Made by a program: the position numbers and the translations under genes. The notes under the pieces are model-generated. The model did no database searches. It saw only the letters and a program-made list of their open reading frames with translations, and was not told the origin of the DNA. 45,101 nt of DNA from Christensenellaceae bacterium (GTDB taxonomy: Bacteria > Bacillota > Clostridia > Christensenellales > Borkfalkiaceae): positions 1 through 45,101 of the forward strand of contig JAZSJY010000086.1 of NCBI GenBank assembly GCA_045534565.1. Direction: 5' to 3'. Of the stretch, positions 24,771 to 34,754 are shown piece by piece. The stretch's first letter is position 1. Each line of letters starts with the position of its first letter.

Positions 24771-26160
24771 AATCTAATTTTTTCTTTCTTCTTCTAAATA
24801 TAAACTTACGGAAAAGAATTATATTCATTACCAAGAAGAAACCACAAAGAATACCGAAAGTTAAAAGCGGTTGTTTGGGCGCAAGGTTTGCAAGTAACAT
24901 CATGGGGAAGCCGAACACTATTGCGGGAAGAGATTGATAAACCAAGTTGTCAGCCGCAGGGGTTTTGTAGTATGGGTCTACTTCACGAAGAAGCATAATA
25001 CCCGTACTTGCCGTACCCGTAAGCATACCGTACATAGCAAGGAATTGTTCGTTTCTGTATTCGTAGAAAAGTTTTTTTGCAACTAATCTGTTGTAAAGGA
25101 AAGTTGAAATAAGTCCAACTAGTCCAAGAACTAACAATATATGCCAGTAATCTTTTATAGTGAAAAGGTCAATTGCGGCGATACCTGCAACTATCATAAT
25201 ATCAAAGAAAGCGTTGCCTATTCTTGTGAGCAAGAAGTTGTTTTGGTATTGTTTTTTAACCACTTTTGCTTTATTTAAGCCTTTAAGTATAAGTTTAATA
25301 AGTGCAGCAAATAAAACGCCGAAAAGGAAGTTAAAGCCGTAAATAGTTGCTTGAAAATCTGGCGGGGTAAGCGCGCTTAAACCGTACATTGTTGCGTAAG
25401 AGATAGCGTAAACTAGCGCAACTAAAGCAAGTTGAATTGAAAGGTTATCAATACTGCTTTGCATAGGTAATTCGTTAGATTGTTGAACGGCTTCGGTGTG
25501 TATACCTTCTTCGCTTGTAACGTGCAAAAGGTTGTGGCGTTTTTTGAATATGTTAAGGTAAATTACACCGCCGATACTTGCTGATAAAAAGCCTAATGCT
25601 GCAATGGATAGACCGAAGTTTGCGCCACCTTCAAAGCCTAACCTTTCTTCGTAAACAGTACCAAAGTTTAAGGCTTGCCCCGTTCCTTGACCGTAGCCGA
25701 AAGGAAGTAATACGCCCGACGCAGGGAACAACGACGGCATGATTAATGCAGAAACGAAAAGCGTTATGCCGAACCCTAAAACTGCTTGTAACAAATAGGT
25801 TGCAACCGTAGTTACGCCCGAATCAAAAATTTCAATACTGCGTTGTTTGGTCATCTTTTTATCGGATATTTTAAGCGCTTGCGCAATGAACCCGATAGCA
25901 AGGCAATGGTAAGTTATAACTTCTAAAACGTCCATACCGTTATTGTTAAAAATAGCGGTATCAAACATGTTTTCGCCCGTTATTGCTTTGTATATGGTTG
26001 ATATTATAAGTAAAATCAACCCTGCGAGAACGGAAGTTGGTATAAGCGTCGCCTTCATAAACTTAAAACTGCGTTTAAGTAAGTTAGCAACTAATATACT
26101 GAGTAGAAGAACGGCTATTATTGTGAATAGCCCCCAAGAACTAAAGTCCCAAAAATTCAT
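24769..26160 (-). CDS. gltS: sodium/glutamate symporter GltS-like
   Basis: Start moved to the ATG at 26160 (MNFWDFSSWG), preceded by GGGGGGGGTAAGA. 463-aa polytopic protein with GltS-like organisation. Confidence 0.65.
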   Translation of the reverse strand: MNFWDFSSWGLFTIIAVLLLSILVANLLKRSFKFMKATLIPTSVLAGLILLIISTIYKAITGENMFDTAIFNNNGMDVLEVITYHCLAIGFIAQALKISDKKMTKQRSIEIFDSGVTTVATYLLQAVLGFGITLFVSALIMPSLFPASGVLLPFGYGQGTGQALNFGTVYEERLGFEGGANFGLSIAALGFLSASIGGVIYLNIFKKRHNLLHVTSEEGIHTEAVQQSNELPMQSSIDNLSIQLALVALVYAISYATMYGLSALTPPDFQATIYGFNFLFGVLFAALIKLILKGLNKAKVVKKQYQNNFLLTRIGNAFFDIMIVAGIAAIDLFTIKDYWHILLVLGLVGLISTFLYNRLVAKKLFYEYRNEQFLAMYGMLTGTASTGIMLLREVDPYYKTPAADNLVYQSLPAIVFGFPMMLLANLAPKQPLLTFGILCGFFLVMNIILFRKFIFRRRKKKLD

Positions 26161-27355
26161 TCTTACCCCCCCCCACGAGATTTTTGTATTTATGATAGAA
26201 GTGTACGTAACGCAATGCGTTGAAGCGGAAGTCACCTTTTATTTGATATACTGAATCTTTACAATAAACGTTTACTTTGTTTTTACCAAGCACGGTAACA
26301 GCGTCAACCGAATCAAAGTTAAAGGTCATACCACGCACGCCGTCAGACATAGTAATTTTGTCAAAGTAAAGGCTAATTTCAGCAGAAGTTGAAAGTACGC
26401 GTTTATTCTTATACAAGAAAACTTTTGAAAATTTAACGGTATCAACGTAAGCAGGCTTGTCCTTATAAACGGAAAGGTCGGCTTTACGAATAAAATCGTT
26501 TTGGTATTCGTACCAGTCGTTGACAAAGGTAAACGGGAAGTCGTGCCCAACCCCACGCAATTCTTTTGTGGGTAAATATTGAACTTTTTTACCACAACGG
26601 CTACAAATAATCCAGTCGTTTTGGCTATAATAGGTGGTCAAACCACAATGCGGACAAACGTATATAGCGCGTTCAAGATATTCTGCCGTCTTTTTGCTTT
26701 TATATTCGTAATCAAGTTTACACTCGTTAACGTAAAGCGCCGTTTTAATAAGTTGATATAATTCGTCGTCGGTAAGGCGTGAATATTCTTCGTATTCAAT
26801 AACTTGCTTAACGCCTGCCGTAAGTTTACCTTTTCTAACTAAGTCGCTCCACCTTGGGTGAACGCCGTAACCACCTTCAATAATGAATATAGCAATGGGT
26901 AGTTTTAATAACCTTATAAGTTTAACTAGCGATTCTTTTATGTATTCTGTTTTACCACTAAAAGTACGGTTGCCTTCGGGCGCCATTGCTATTGAACCGC
27001 CTTCTTTAACTACTTTAGCGCAAGTCATAACTGCGCGAGTATCCGTAGTTTGCTTTTTTATAGGAATAGGCGCAACTGCGTATTTTATTATTTTTGAAAT
27101 GAAACCAAGTGAAAAAAGGTCTTCACTTGCAACGTAGTAAAGGTGTTGTTTCCTAAACGCCCAACCAACGAAAAACTGATCGTACGCAGTTTGGTGATTA
27201 AATAGTACTAGGTATTGACGCTTTTGATCCTTAAAAGGCGTAACTTTAACGCCGTATTTTCTTTTCATTTTAGGAACGGCGTATAAACTAACTAATATTT
27301 TGCCAAATTTATGGCGAGGACGTATCCACTTGTTGCGTTTTTGTTGTTTAACCAT
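26141..27355 (-). CDS. PlsC-like acyltransferase with C-terminal zinc-ribbon domain (paralog 3)
   Basis: HQTAYDQFFV (HX4D), APEGNRT, CPHCG...CSRCG, NDWYEYQ. Its 3' end overlaps the gltS start by 20 nt. Confidence 0.75.
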   Translation of the reverse strand: MVKQQKRNKWIRPRHKFGKILVSLYAVPKMKRKYGVKVTPFKDQKRQYLVLFNHQTAYDQFFVGWAFRKQHLYYVASEDLFSLGFISKIIKYAVAPIPIKKQTTDTRAVMTCAKVVKEGGSIAMAPEGNRTFSGKTEYIKESLVKLIRLLKLPIAIFIIEGGYGVHPRWSDLVRKGKLTAGVKQVIEYEEYSRLTDDELYQLIKTALYVNECKLDYEYKSKKTAEYLERAIYVCPHCGLTTYYSQNDWIICSRCGKKVQYLPTKELRGVGHDFPFTFVNDWYEYQNDFIRKADLSVYKDKPAYVDTVKFSKVFLYKNKRVLSTSAEISLYFDKITMSDGVRGMTFNFDSVDAVTVLGKNKVNVYCKDSVYQIKGDFRFNALRYVHFYHKYKNLVGGGKNEFLGL

Positions 27356-27428
27356 AATATTTTATCTTTTAAAAGTTTATATTTTAAATTCTATCACTTT
27401 TTTGTTGAATTTTCAACAATTTTTAAGA

Positions 27429-28700
27429 CTATTTTGTCAAAATATCAAAAATTGCCTTTTTATATATTTGATACATGCATTCAAGGTGATTAAGCGGTAA
27501 GTTTTCGTTGGCGTCGTGTATACGATATTCGTAACCTTCAAATTCAGGGCCGAAAGCGCAACCTTTATTAAACGCGCGCGCGAAAGTAGAACCACCAAGG
27601 CTTGCAGGGGTTGTGTTTTCCCCCGTAACTTCGTTATAGGCGTTAGATAGCGTTATAACTAACGCATTGTCCTTTTCAATCATAAAGGGTGGGTGTGAAC
27701 TATGGCTTTTAAACGGAATATTAAACAGTTTTACTTTTTCAAGGACGTCGCTTTCTAAAAAGGGCGCGGGAATTCTGCAATCGCAAACGATATAAGATTT
27801 TCCGTTTTCGTTTACTATAATATCGGGCGACAGGGTTACGTTGCCCTGCTCGTTTTTCATAGCGAAAACACCTAATTTATCGTAAAACAAATAGTCCAAA
27901 ATATCTTTTACTTTTTCGCCTTTTTCAAGCATATATTCAAAAATAGGCTTAAAGGCGTTAACGCCAAGTTGTGGCGCAGAGCCGTGCGCCGCTTTGCCCA
28001 CGCTCGTAATCACGCCGTCTTTAATAGTAAGGTTATATTTTGATAAAAGGTCAAGGTCAATTGCCCTTTCTTTAACGCAAACGGTTGCTAAATCGCACAC
28101 GGCGTTTACGGCAACGCCCCCTTTAAGATTATAAAAGTCGTTAAAAGTAGGTAATTCAAAAGATAGTTTTAGCACGCCTTTTTCCGCGTAACTAACGGGA
28201 AAGTTTCCGTCAGGGGAAAAACCTAATTCAGGAAAGTTGGTTTTGCTTTTCATATACTCAACGTCACGCCAACCACTTTCTTCGTTGCACCCTGCTATAA
28301 GGCGAACTTTTTTATTTATTTTTAAATTGCTGTTTTTTAATTCATTTAAAATATAAAGGCATATTAGTAAAGGCGTTTTATTATCAACTACACCCCTACC
28401 GTAAAGCGCGCCGTCGGTTAAGGTCAACTTAAACGGATCGGTATTCCAACCTATACCTACTGGAACGACGTCTAAATGCCCGATAACGCCTATTTCTTCC
28501 CCGTCGCCAAAAATAACTTCACCAGCGTAGTTATCGTAATTAACGGTAGTAAAGCCCATTTCTTTTGCGCGTTGTAAGAAGAATTGTAAACAATTAGCCG
28601 ATTCTAAACCAAACGGGGCGTTTTTTTCAGGCGTACTTTCCACCGTTTTGTACGATATAAGTTTTTCAAGGTCAAGTAAAAAGGCTTCAAAGTTTTGCAT
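27429..28700 (-). CDS. M20-family metallodipeptidase (PepV/Sapep-like)
   Basis: HLDVVP, GRGVVDNK, AGCNEESGW and a C-terminal GGSTFAR block. Confidence 0.8.
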   Translation of the reverse strand: MQNFEAFLLDLEKLISYKTVESTPEKNAPFGLESANCLQFFLQRAKEMGFTTVNYDNYAGEVIFGDGEEIGVIGHLDVVPVGIGWNTDPFKLTLTDGALYGRGVVDNKTPLLICLYILNELKNSNLKINKKVRLIAGCNEESGWRDVEYMKSKTNFPELGFSPDGNFPVSYAEKGVLKLSFELPTFNDFYNLKGGVAVNAVCDLATVCVKERAIDLDLLSKYNLTIKDGVITSVGKAAHGSAPQLGVNAFKPIFEYMLEKGEKVKDILDYLFYDKLGVFAMKNEQGNVTLSPDIIVNENGKSYIVCDCRIPAPFLESDVLEKVKLFNIPFKSHSSHPPFMIEKDNALVITLSNAYNEVTGENTTPASLGGSTFARAFNKGCAFGPEFEGYEYRIHDANENLPLNHLECMYQIYKKAIFDILTK

Positions 28701-28801
28701 AATATACCCTATTAATTTTATTTAATATATATTATACAATATTTTATTATAATTGTAACCTTTTATTTTGAAATTTGTTTAATTTGTGTTAAAATAATCG
28801 T

Positions 28802-29533
28802 ATGGAAAAAGGGAAAAACGTGCACGAAGGGCATCGTGAAAGAATGATTGATAGGTTTTTATCGCACCCAGATTCTTTTTCCGACCACGAAATACTTGAA
28901 GTTTTATTGTTTGAGTTTATTCCTAGAAAAGACACTAACGCATTAGCACACTCTTTAATTAGTGCGTTTGGTTCGCTTACGGGCGTGTTTGAAGCGACAA
29001 AAGACCAACTGCTTGCAGTAAAAGGCGTTGGGAAAAGTACTGCTACGGGAATAATGGTAATAGGTAAACTTTTACAAATTAAGGGTGGCGAGAAAAAGAA
29101 AGTAAGGCTATCAACGTTAGAAGAAATAAAAAATGCTTTTGTAGATTATTTTGCCGATAAACGTAAGGAAGTTTTGTTGTTTTGCTTGCTTGATTCAGAG
29201 TATAATGAAGTTAGGCGGTTAGTTTTTGCAGACAATAAATCTTTTTCCGTTTCGGTGGAAGTTCCGGAACTTGCGTCTGCAGTTGCGACCCTTCACCCAG
29301 CGCACGCAATAGTGGTGCATAATCATTTAAGTGGAAGCGCAGAGCCGAGCGACGTTGACGACGCAACGACCAAAAGAATTTATTTGCTTTTAGAAATTCA
29401 CGGTATACATTTAGCCGACCACGTAATTTTCGCAAAAGACAAAGTGTATAGTTATTATTCGTCAAAAAAACTTGATGAAATTAAAAATTCTTTAGATTTA
29501 GCAAAACTTTTAGGCAAGAGAAAGGAGTATTAA
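28802..29533 (+). CDS. radC: RadC-like JAB/MPN domain protein
   Basis: HhH region GVGKSTA. JAMM motif HNHLSGSAEPSDVD. Confidence 0.85.
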   Translation: MEKGKNVHEGHRERMIDRFLSHPDSFSDHEILEVLLFEFIPRKDTNALAHSLISAFGSLTGVFEATKDQLLAVKGVGKSTATGIMVIGKLLQIKGGEKKKVRLSTLEEIKNAFVDYFADKRKEVLLFCLLDSEYNEVRRLVFADNKSFSVSVEVPELASAVATLHPAHAIVVHNHLSGSAEPSDVDDATTKRIYLLLEIHGIHLADHVIFAKDKVYSYYSSKKLDEIKNSLDLAKLLGKRKEY

Positions 29534-29534
29534 A

Positions 29535-30971
29535 ATGGCAAAAGTTAGAACTCGTTTTGCACCAAGTCCCACGGGCTATCTTCATATCGGCGGTTTAAGA
29601 ACTGCCCTTTACGGCTATCTTTATTCAAAAAGATACGATGGTGATTTTATTTTAAGAATTGAAGACACCGATACCACTCGCTACGTTGACGGTTCGGTTC
29701 AAATTATATACGACACCATGCGTGATTCGGGTATTATGTACGACGAAGGCCCAGACGTTGGTGGTGATTACGGCCCTTACGTTCAAAGCGAAAGAAAAGA
29801 TATTTACACCGAATACGCTAAAAAATTAGTTGAACTTGGCGGTGCGTATTACTGTTTCTGCACCCCCGAAAGAATTGAAAGTTTAAGGGACGAAGCAGGT
29901 AACGTTCGTTACGATAAGCATTGCTTAAACCTTTCAAAAGAAGAAATTGAAAGAAGAATAGCAAACGGCGAACCGTACGTAATCCGTCAAAACGTACCCG
30001 CTGAAGGCACGGGGACTTACACCGACCTTGTTTACGGTGAAATTAGCGTTGACTATAAAGATATTGAAGACGGTATTTTGATTAAGAGTGACGGTATGCC
30101 TACTTATAACTTCGCAAACGTAGTTGACGATCACCTTATGGGCATCACCCACGTTATTCGTGGTACGGAATATCTTTCTTCAACCCCCAAATATAACCTT
30201 ATGTACGACGCTTTCGGTTGGGAACGCCCCGTATATATTCACCTTCCCCCCATTATGAAAGACGCGCAACACAAACTTTCAAAAAGGAACGGTGACGCAA
30301 GTTACGAAGATTTCGTTAAAAAAGGTTACGTTAAAGAATCAATCGTAAACTACATTGCGCTTTTGGGTTGGAGTCCAAAATCAAACGTTGAAAAAATGTC
30401 ATTAAAAGAACTTTCTGCAAGTTTTTCACTTGAAGGTATAAATAAATCTCCGTCAATCTTTGACGAAGTTAAAATGAAGTGGTTATCGGGTGAATACGTT
30501 AAGGAAATGACGGCAGAAGAATTTAAGGAAAAGGCTTATCCCTTCTTGAAAAACAGTAAGGCTTTTGGCAAATACGACGAAGATAAATTGCTTGCTTTGG
30601 CAAAAGGCCGTGTTCAAATATTCTCTGAAATACCCGAAAAGATTGATTTCTTGGAAGAATTTGGAAATTACGATTTGGCCCTATTTGAAAACTCAAAACA
30701 AAAATCTTCAATAGAAGTAGCAAAAGACCTTTTACCCAAGATTAAAGAAGTTTTATTAAGCGTAACCGACTGGAACAATTCAAACTTATTCACGGCGCTC
30801 GTTGAACTATCAACTAAACTTGAAGTTAAAAAACAAGCAGTTTTATGGGTAACTAGAATTGCGCTTACGGGCAAGCAAGCGACGGCAGGTGGCGCAACTG
30901 AAGTTGCCGACCTTTTAGGAAAAGAAGAAACTTTAAGAAGAATTGATTTTTCTATCAATTTAATTGGCTAA
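29535..30971 (+). CDS. gltX: glutamate--tRNA ligase
   Basis: RFAPSPTGYLHIGG (HIGH) and KLSKR (KMSKS). 478 aa. AAGGAG RBS inside the radC 3' end. Confidence 0.95.
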   Translation: MAKVRTRFAPSPTGYLHIGGLRTALYGYLYSKRYDGDFILRIEDTDTTRYVDGSVQIIYDTMRDSGIMYDEGPDVGGDYGPYVQSERKDIYTEYAKKLVELGGAYYCFCTPERIESLRDEAGNVRYDKHCLNLSKEEIERRIANGEPYVIRQNVPAEGTGTYTDLVYGEISVDYKDIEDGILIKSDGMPTYNFANVVDDHLMGITHVIRGTEYLSSTPKYNLMYDAFGWERPVYIHLPPIMKDAQHKLSKRNGDASYEDFVKKGYVKESIVNYIALLGWSPKSNVEKMSLKELSASFSLEGINKSPSIFDEVKMKWLSGEYVKEMTAEEFKEKAYPFLKNSKAFGKYDEDKLLALAKGRVQIFSEIPEKIDFLEEFGNYDLALFENSKQKSSIEVAKDLLPKIKEVLLSVTDWNNSNLFTALVELSTKLEVKKQAVLWVTRIALTGKQATAGGATEVADLLGKEETLRRIDFSINLIG

Positions 30972-30974
30972 AAC

Positions 30975-31016
30975 AAAAAAACCTTTCGCAAAAAGCGAAA
31001 GGTTTTACTTTTTTAT
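30975..31016. terminator. bidirectional intrinsic terminator
   Basis: ACCTTTCGC (30981-30989) pairs with GCGAAAGGT (30995-31003). Flanking A-run and T-run. Confidence 0.85.
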
Positions 31017-31765
31017 TTAACCAAGTGAAAGTTTTTAACGTTAGCCATAATTTCTTCTGGTAGTGGCGCGTCGCAAAAAACGTCGTCAAAATCAGCAATA
31101 TTGCAAAGGTTATGCCAGCAACCGTTGTTAATTTTTGTGGAATCTATAAGCAAAACCTTTCTTTTAGAGTTTTGCATCATAGCCTTTCTAACGTCGTTTT
31201 CGGGGACGGAAGTGTCCGTAACGAAACCGTTAGCAGAAATTCCGTGGCAAGATAAAAAGCATACGTCAGCGTTAAAGTTTTTAATGGTATCAATAGCCGT
31301 TTGCCCTATAAACGAATAAGAAGAATTTATTGCTTGCCCACCCGTTGAAACGTATTTAATATCCGTTTGCGTTAGTGCAAAAAGTGTTTTTATCCCACTT
31401 GTAATAACTATAATGTCTTTATACGTTTTAATAAAGTCAACCGTTTTCATTACGGTGGAAGATGCGTCAAGCATAAAAACTGCGCCACTAAAAGCGCACT
31501 CTTTAACGGCTTGTTCGGCAATCTTTTCTTTAATTCCACCTGCAACGTTTTCCCTTAAGAAAAACGCAATGTTTTTATCGGCGTAAACGCCTGCGTCAAG
31601 CGCCTTACCGTGCGCACGAATAATAAGACCTTTCTTTTCAAGGTTGGTAAGCGTTCTTCTCACCGTTGATTCGCTTGCGTAAAGTAATTTGCACAGTTGT
31701 TTTACGTCAACCGATTGTTTTGCTTTTAACGTTTCAAGTATAATTTTTTCTCTATCGTTATTCAT
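31013..31765 (-). CDS. DeoR-family transcriptional regulator
   Basis: N-terminal wHTH (VKQLCKLLYASESTVRRTLTNLEKKGLI) and C-terminal DeoR sugar-phosphate sensor domain. Confidence 0.85.
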   Translation of the reverse strand: MNNDREKIILETLKAKQSVDVKQLCKLLYASESTVRRTLTNLEKKGLIIRAHGKALDAGVYADKNIAFFLRENVAGGIKEKIAEQAVKECAFSGAVFMLDASSTVMKTVDFIKTYKDIIVITSGIKTLFALTQTDIKYVSTGGQAINSSYSFIGQTAIDTIKNFNADVCFLSCHGISANGFVTDTSVPENDVRKAMMQNSKRKVLLIDSTKINNGCWHNLCNIADFDDVFCDAPLPEEIMANVKNFHLVK

Positions 31766-31842
31766 ATCTTATTACCTATGCAAGATTTTAACATTTACCG
31801 CCTATTATGTCAATACCAAATAAAAAATTAGTTTCCAAATAT

Positions 31843-31910
31843 AGTCAAATAGACTAAATCGTGATTGATTTGACTGAAAAAATGACTGATTTTGCCCTAA
31901 TGTTGATTGA
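31843..31910. promoter_or_regulatory. candidate DeoR operator repeats
   Basis: Inverted AGTCAAAT (31843-31850) and ATTTGACT (31868-31875). Also direct TGAYTGA repeats at 31862, 31871, 31883 and 31903, upstream of the sorE-like promoter. Confidence 0.3.
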
Positions 31911-31934
31911 AACGGGCATGTGTTTACTATTTAA

Positions 31935-31963
31935 TTGACCGTATTAGTCATTGTTGCTATAAT
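31935..31963 (+). promoter_or_regulatory. SigA-type promoter of the sorE-like/fruK operon
   Basis: TTGACC (31935-31940), 17-nt spacer, TATAAT (31958-31963). It lies inside the spurious 5' extension of the track ORF. Confidence 0.6.
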
Positions 31964-31996
31964 CTATTTGAAAAAACGAACGGGAGAAGATTAGTT

Positions 31997-33262
31997 ATGC
32001 TAACAAAAGCAGTTAGGCTTTACGGCGCAAACGATATTAGATTAGAACAGTTTGAATTACCTGAAATTACTGATAACGAAGTGCTTATGGAAGTGGTTAC
32101 CGATACCCTTTGTACGTCTACCTATAAGGCAGTGAAACAAGGTTCAAAACACAAAAGAGTTCCACTTGACGTGGACAAAAATCCCGTTATTATCGGGCAC
32201 GAGATGTGTGGCGTGATAAGAAAGGTGGGCAGTGCGCTTAAAGGTAAATTTAAGGTTGGTAGCAAGGCAGTTATTCAACCTGCCCTAAAGCTTGAAAGTG
32301 GTTACGACCCTGGATATTCGTATAAATATATTGGTGGAAATGCAACGTACGTGGTAGTTCCACAAATAGTAATTGAACGTGGGTGCTTAATAAACTTTGA
32401 CGGCGAAAGTTTTTTTGAAGGGTCTTTGGTTGAAGCGTTGGGTTGCTTGTTGCGTGGTTTTAAGGGCTTTTATCACACTGATTATACCGATTACGTTAGA
32501 ACTGACGGCGCAAAAAAAGGTGGCAGACTTGCTATTTTAGGTGGTGCAGGTCCTATGGGCATAGGGGCTATTGAACTTGCTTGTGGTTACGCCGGCGTTA
32601 AACAAGTTGTGGTAACTGATATTGATAAAAAGCGTATTGAGTGGGCAAAAACTAAATGTTCCCCTGCCCGTTTTAGTGAAAAAGGCGTTGAATTAGTTTA
32701 CGTTAACACCAAAGACGATATAAATGCAGATAAAACGTTAATAGATATTTCAAATGGTGGTTTTGACGACGTTTTCGTTATGGCGCCCGTTGCAAGTTTG
32801 TTTAATCTTGCCGAAAAAATTTGTCGTGAAGACGGTTGTGTGAATTTCTTTGCAGGCCCACCCGTGCACGATTTACAAGGCTCGTTAAATCTATACCGAA
32901 TTCATTACGACGGAATTCACGTCGTAGGGACGGCAGGCAGTATTCCACAAGACACTTTAGATACTATTAAAATAATAGAAAACGGGCTTATCAATTCGGG
33001 TGCGTTAGTATCGCATATTTTAGGGCTTAACGAAGTAATTCCCGCAATATACGCAATGGAAAAGCCAAACGGCGCAAAGAAAGTTTGTTATACGGGGTTA
33101 GATATTCCTATGGTTGCCCTTGAAGATTTTAAGGAATTAGGCAAAACAGACCCTATGTATTTAGAACTAGATAAAATTGTAAAGGCAAACGGTGGCTTGT
33201 GGTGCAAGCAAGCAGAAGATTATTTGCTTGCTCACGCGCCCAAAGTAAAGGTGGGTTTGTGA
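31997..33262 (+). CDS. zinc-dependent dehydrogenase, L-sorbose-1-phosphate reductase-like
   Basis: Start at the ATG at 31997, after GGGAGAAG. N-terminus LTKAVRLYGANDIRLEQFELPEI...HKRVPLDVDKNPVIIGHE. GGAGPMGIGAIE Rossmann motif. 421 aa. Confidence 0.7.
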   Translation: MLTKAVRLYGANDIRLEQFELPEITDNEVLMEVVTDTLCTSTYKAVKQGSKHKRVPLDVDKNPVIIGHEMCGVIRKVGSALKGKFKVGSKAVIQPALKLESGYDPGYSYKYIGGNATYVVVPQIVIERGCLINFDGESFFEGSLVEALGCLLRGFKGFYHTDYTDYVRTDGAKKGGRLAILGGAGPMGIGAIELACGYAGVKQVVVTDIDKKRIEWAKTKCSPARFSEKGVELVYVNTKDDINADKTLIDISNGGFDDVFVMAPVASLFNLAEKICREDGCVNFFAGPPVHDLQGSLNLYRIHYDGIHVVGTAGSIPQDTLDTIKIIENGLINSGALVSHILGLNEVIPAIYAMEKPNGAKKVCYTGLDIPMVALEDFKELGKTDPMYLELDKIVKANGGLWCKQAEDYLLAHAPKVKVGL

Positions 33263-34185
33263 AAGTAGTAACGCTAACGTTAAACCCTGCGTTTGACGTG
33301 CATTGTGCGATTGATAATTTAATACCTCTTAAAGAAAATTTTGCTACGATAACTTCAAAGCAAGCAGGTGGAAAAGGATTAAACCTTTCACGTGCGTTGG
33401 CTAATAACGGTGTAAGAAATACTGCGCTTATCGTAGTTGGTAAGGCTAATGCAGATGCTTTTAGGGAAAGCGCAACTTTTCCTTTAGTGGATTGCGAATA
33501 CGTTGAAGTAGATGGAAACGTTCGTGAAAATTACACCTTGCATCATAAAAACGGCAAAGAAACCCGTATAAGTTTTGACGGTTTTACCTGCCCTGACGGT
33601 GTTGTTAAAGTTATTGCCGATAAGCTTAACCGATTAAACGGTGGCGACGTAGTTGCATTGACGGGTAGTATAAGTAAAGGTATTGACAAAAATAAAGTTA
33701 TAAAACTTCTTAAAAAACTGCAAGTAAACGGCGTTAAAATTATAATAGACAGTAGGTCGTTTAGCGTTGACGATATACGCAATATAAAGCCGTGGTTTAT
33801 TAAGCCCAACGAACAAGAAATTGAAGACTACGTCGGCTATAAAGTATTATCGTTTGAACAGGCGGTAAGCGCAAGTAAAAAACTTTACGATTTAGGCGTG
33901 AAAAATGCAATGGTAAGTTTAGGTAGCGATGGCGCAGTAATAACCGACCAAACAGGTATCAGGCGAATTATTCCCCCGTCGGTTAACGTTAAGTCTACCA
34001 TAGGCGCAGGTGACTCGCTAATTGCAGGGTTTATTTATGGGTACGTTAACGGCTTGTCTTTTAACGAAACCTTAAAAACGGCAATTGCTTTTGGTTCGGG
34101 TGCTTGCACGACTGAAGGAACTAATCCACCCGATAGTAAAGTTATTGAAGAAATTAAAAAACAAGTAAAAATTATTACTTATTAA
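33259..34185 (+). CDS. fruK: 1-phosphofructokinase (PfkB family)
   Basis: GTG start at 33259, after AAGGTGGG, overlapping the upstream stop (GTGA). VTLTLNPAFD, KPNEQE, GAGDSLIAGF. Confidence 0.8.
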   Translation: MKVVTLTLNPAFDVHCAIDNLIPLKENFATITSKQAGGKGLNLSRALANNGVRNTALIVVGKANADAFRESATFPLVDCEYVEVDGNVRENYTLHHKNGKETRISFDGFTCPDGVVKVIADKLNRLNGGDVVALTGSISKGIDKNKVIKLLKKLQVNGVKIIIDSRSFSVDDIRNIKPWFIKPNEQEIEDYVGYKVLSFEQAVSASKKLYDLGVKNAMVSLGSDGAVITDQTGIRRIIPPSVNVKSTIGAGDSLIAGFIYGYVNGLSFNETLKTAIAFGSGACTTEGTNPPDSKVIEEIKKQVKIITY

Positions 34186-34212
34186 AAAAAGCCACTTTAA
34201 GTGGCTTTTTTT
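34184..34212. terminator. bidirectional intrinsic terminator overlapping the yyaC stop
   Basis: GCCAC (34191-34195) pairs with GTGGC (34201-34205). A7 upstream, T7 downstream. Confidence 0.75.
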
Positions 34213-34754
34213 ACGTCGTCGCATTGCGAAAAGTATTCAATATATTTTTCAATACCTTCTGCAACCGTTTGCGCCATTTTATATATAAGGTTTAAGCGAG
34301 TAAGATTAAATAGGTTGTAATTTTGCAAAGACTTCCCTGCGACGATTCCAACGATACTAATATCACCTATTACGTTTAGATTTTTGTCTACCCCAAGCCC
34401 TGGCTTTAAGCCTTTATCTAAAACTCTAACCAAACCAACGTCGTCTGCATTGCCTATCGCTGCATCAATCGCAATAGAAATGCAGTTGGGGTGCATTTGT
34501 TTTAGATATTTACCTGCATATTCAACTTCTTTTGCCGTGATAGGATAGTTCAACGTGCCGTATACGTAAGACTGCACGTTTTTGCTTTTTAGAAAAGTTC
34601 CAACCAAAGGACCTAAACTATCCCCTAAAACCAAATCGCTACCGATACATATAAAAACGGGGCGTCTATTATTTTGATTAAGGGAAATTAAGGCTTGCGT
34701 AATGCCTTTTGCAGAATATTCGCTTAAAGTATTAAAAGTAAAATTTTTGTCCAT
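34197..34754 (-). CDS. yyaC: sporulation protein YyaC (GPR-like endopeptidase family)
   Basis: ICIGSDLVLGDSLGPLVG and IAIDAAIG blocks. Origin-proximal position, as in Bacillus. Confidence 0.8.
   Translation of the reverse strand: MDKNFTFNTLSEYSAKGITQALISLNQNNRRPVFICIGSDLVLGDSLGPLVGTFLKSKNVQSYVYGTLNYPITAKEVEYAGKYLKQMHPNCISIAIDAAIGNADDVGLVRVLDKGLKPGLGVDKNLNVIGDISIVGIVAGKSLQNYNLFNLTRLNLIYKMAQTVAEGIEKYIEYFSQCDDVKKAT

Noticed and set aside
27402-27419. The palindrome TTGTTGAA-tt-TTCAACAA between the pepV-like stop and the acyltransferase start.
   Set aside because: It could be a weak pepV terminator, though no U-run follows on the minus strand. It could also be an operator for the acyltransferase-gltS operon. 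I could not distinguish these possibilities, so it is not annotated.
33384-33399. The parS-like half match CCTTTCACGTGCGTTG inside fruK.
   Set aside because: Only the left half and the CACGTG core match. The right arm is unrelated, so this is probably a chance occurrence in coding sequence.
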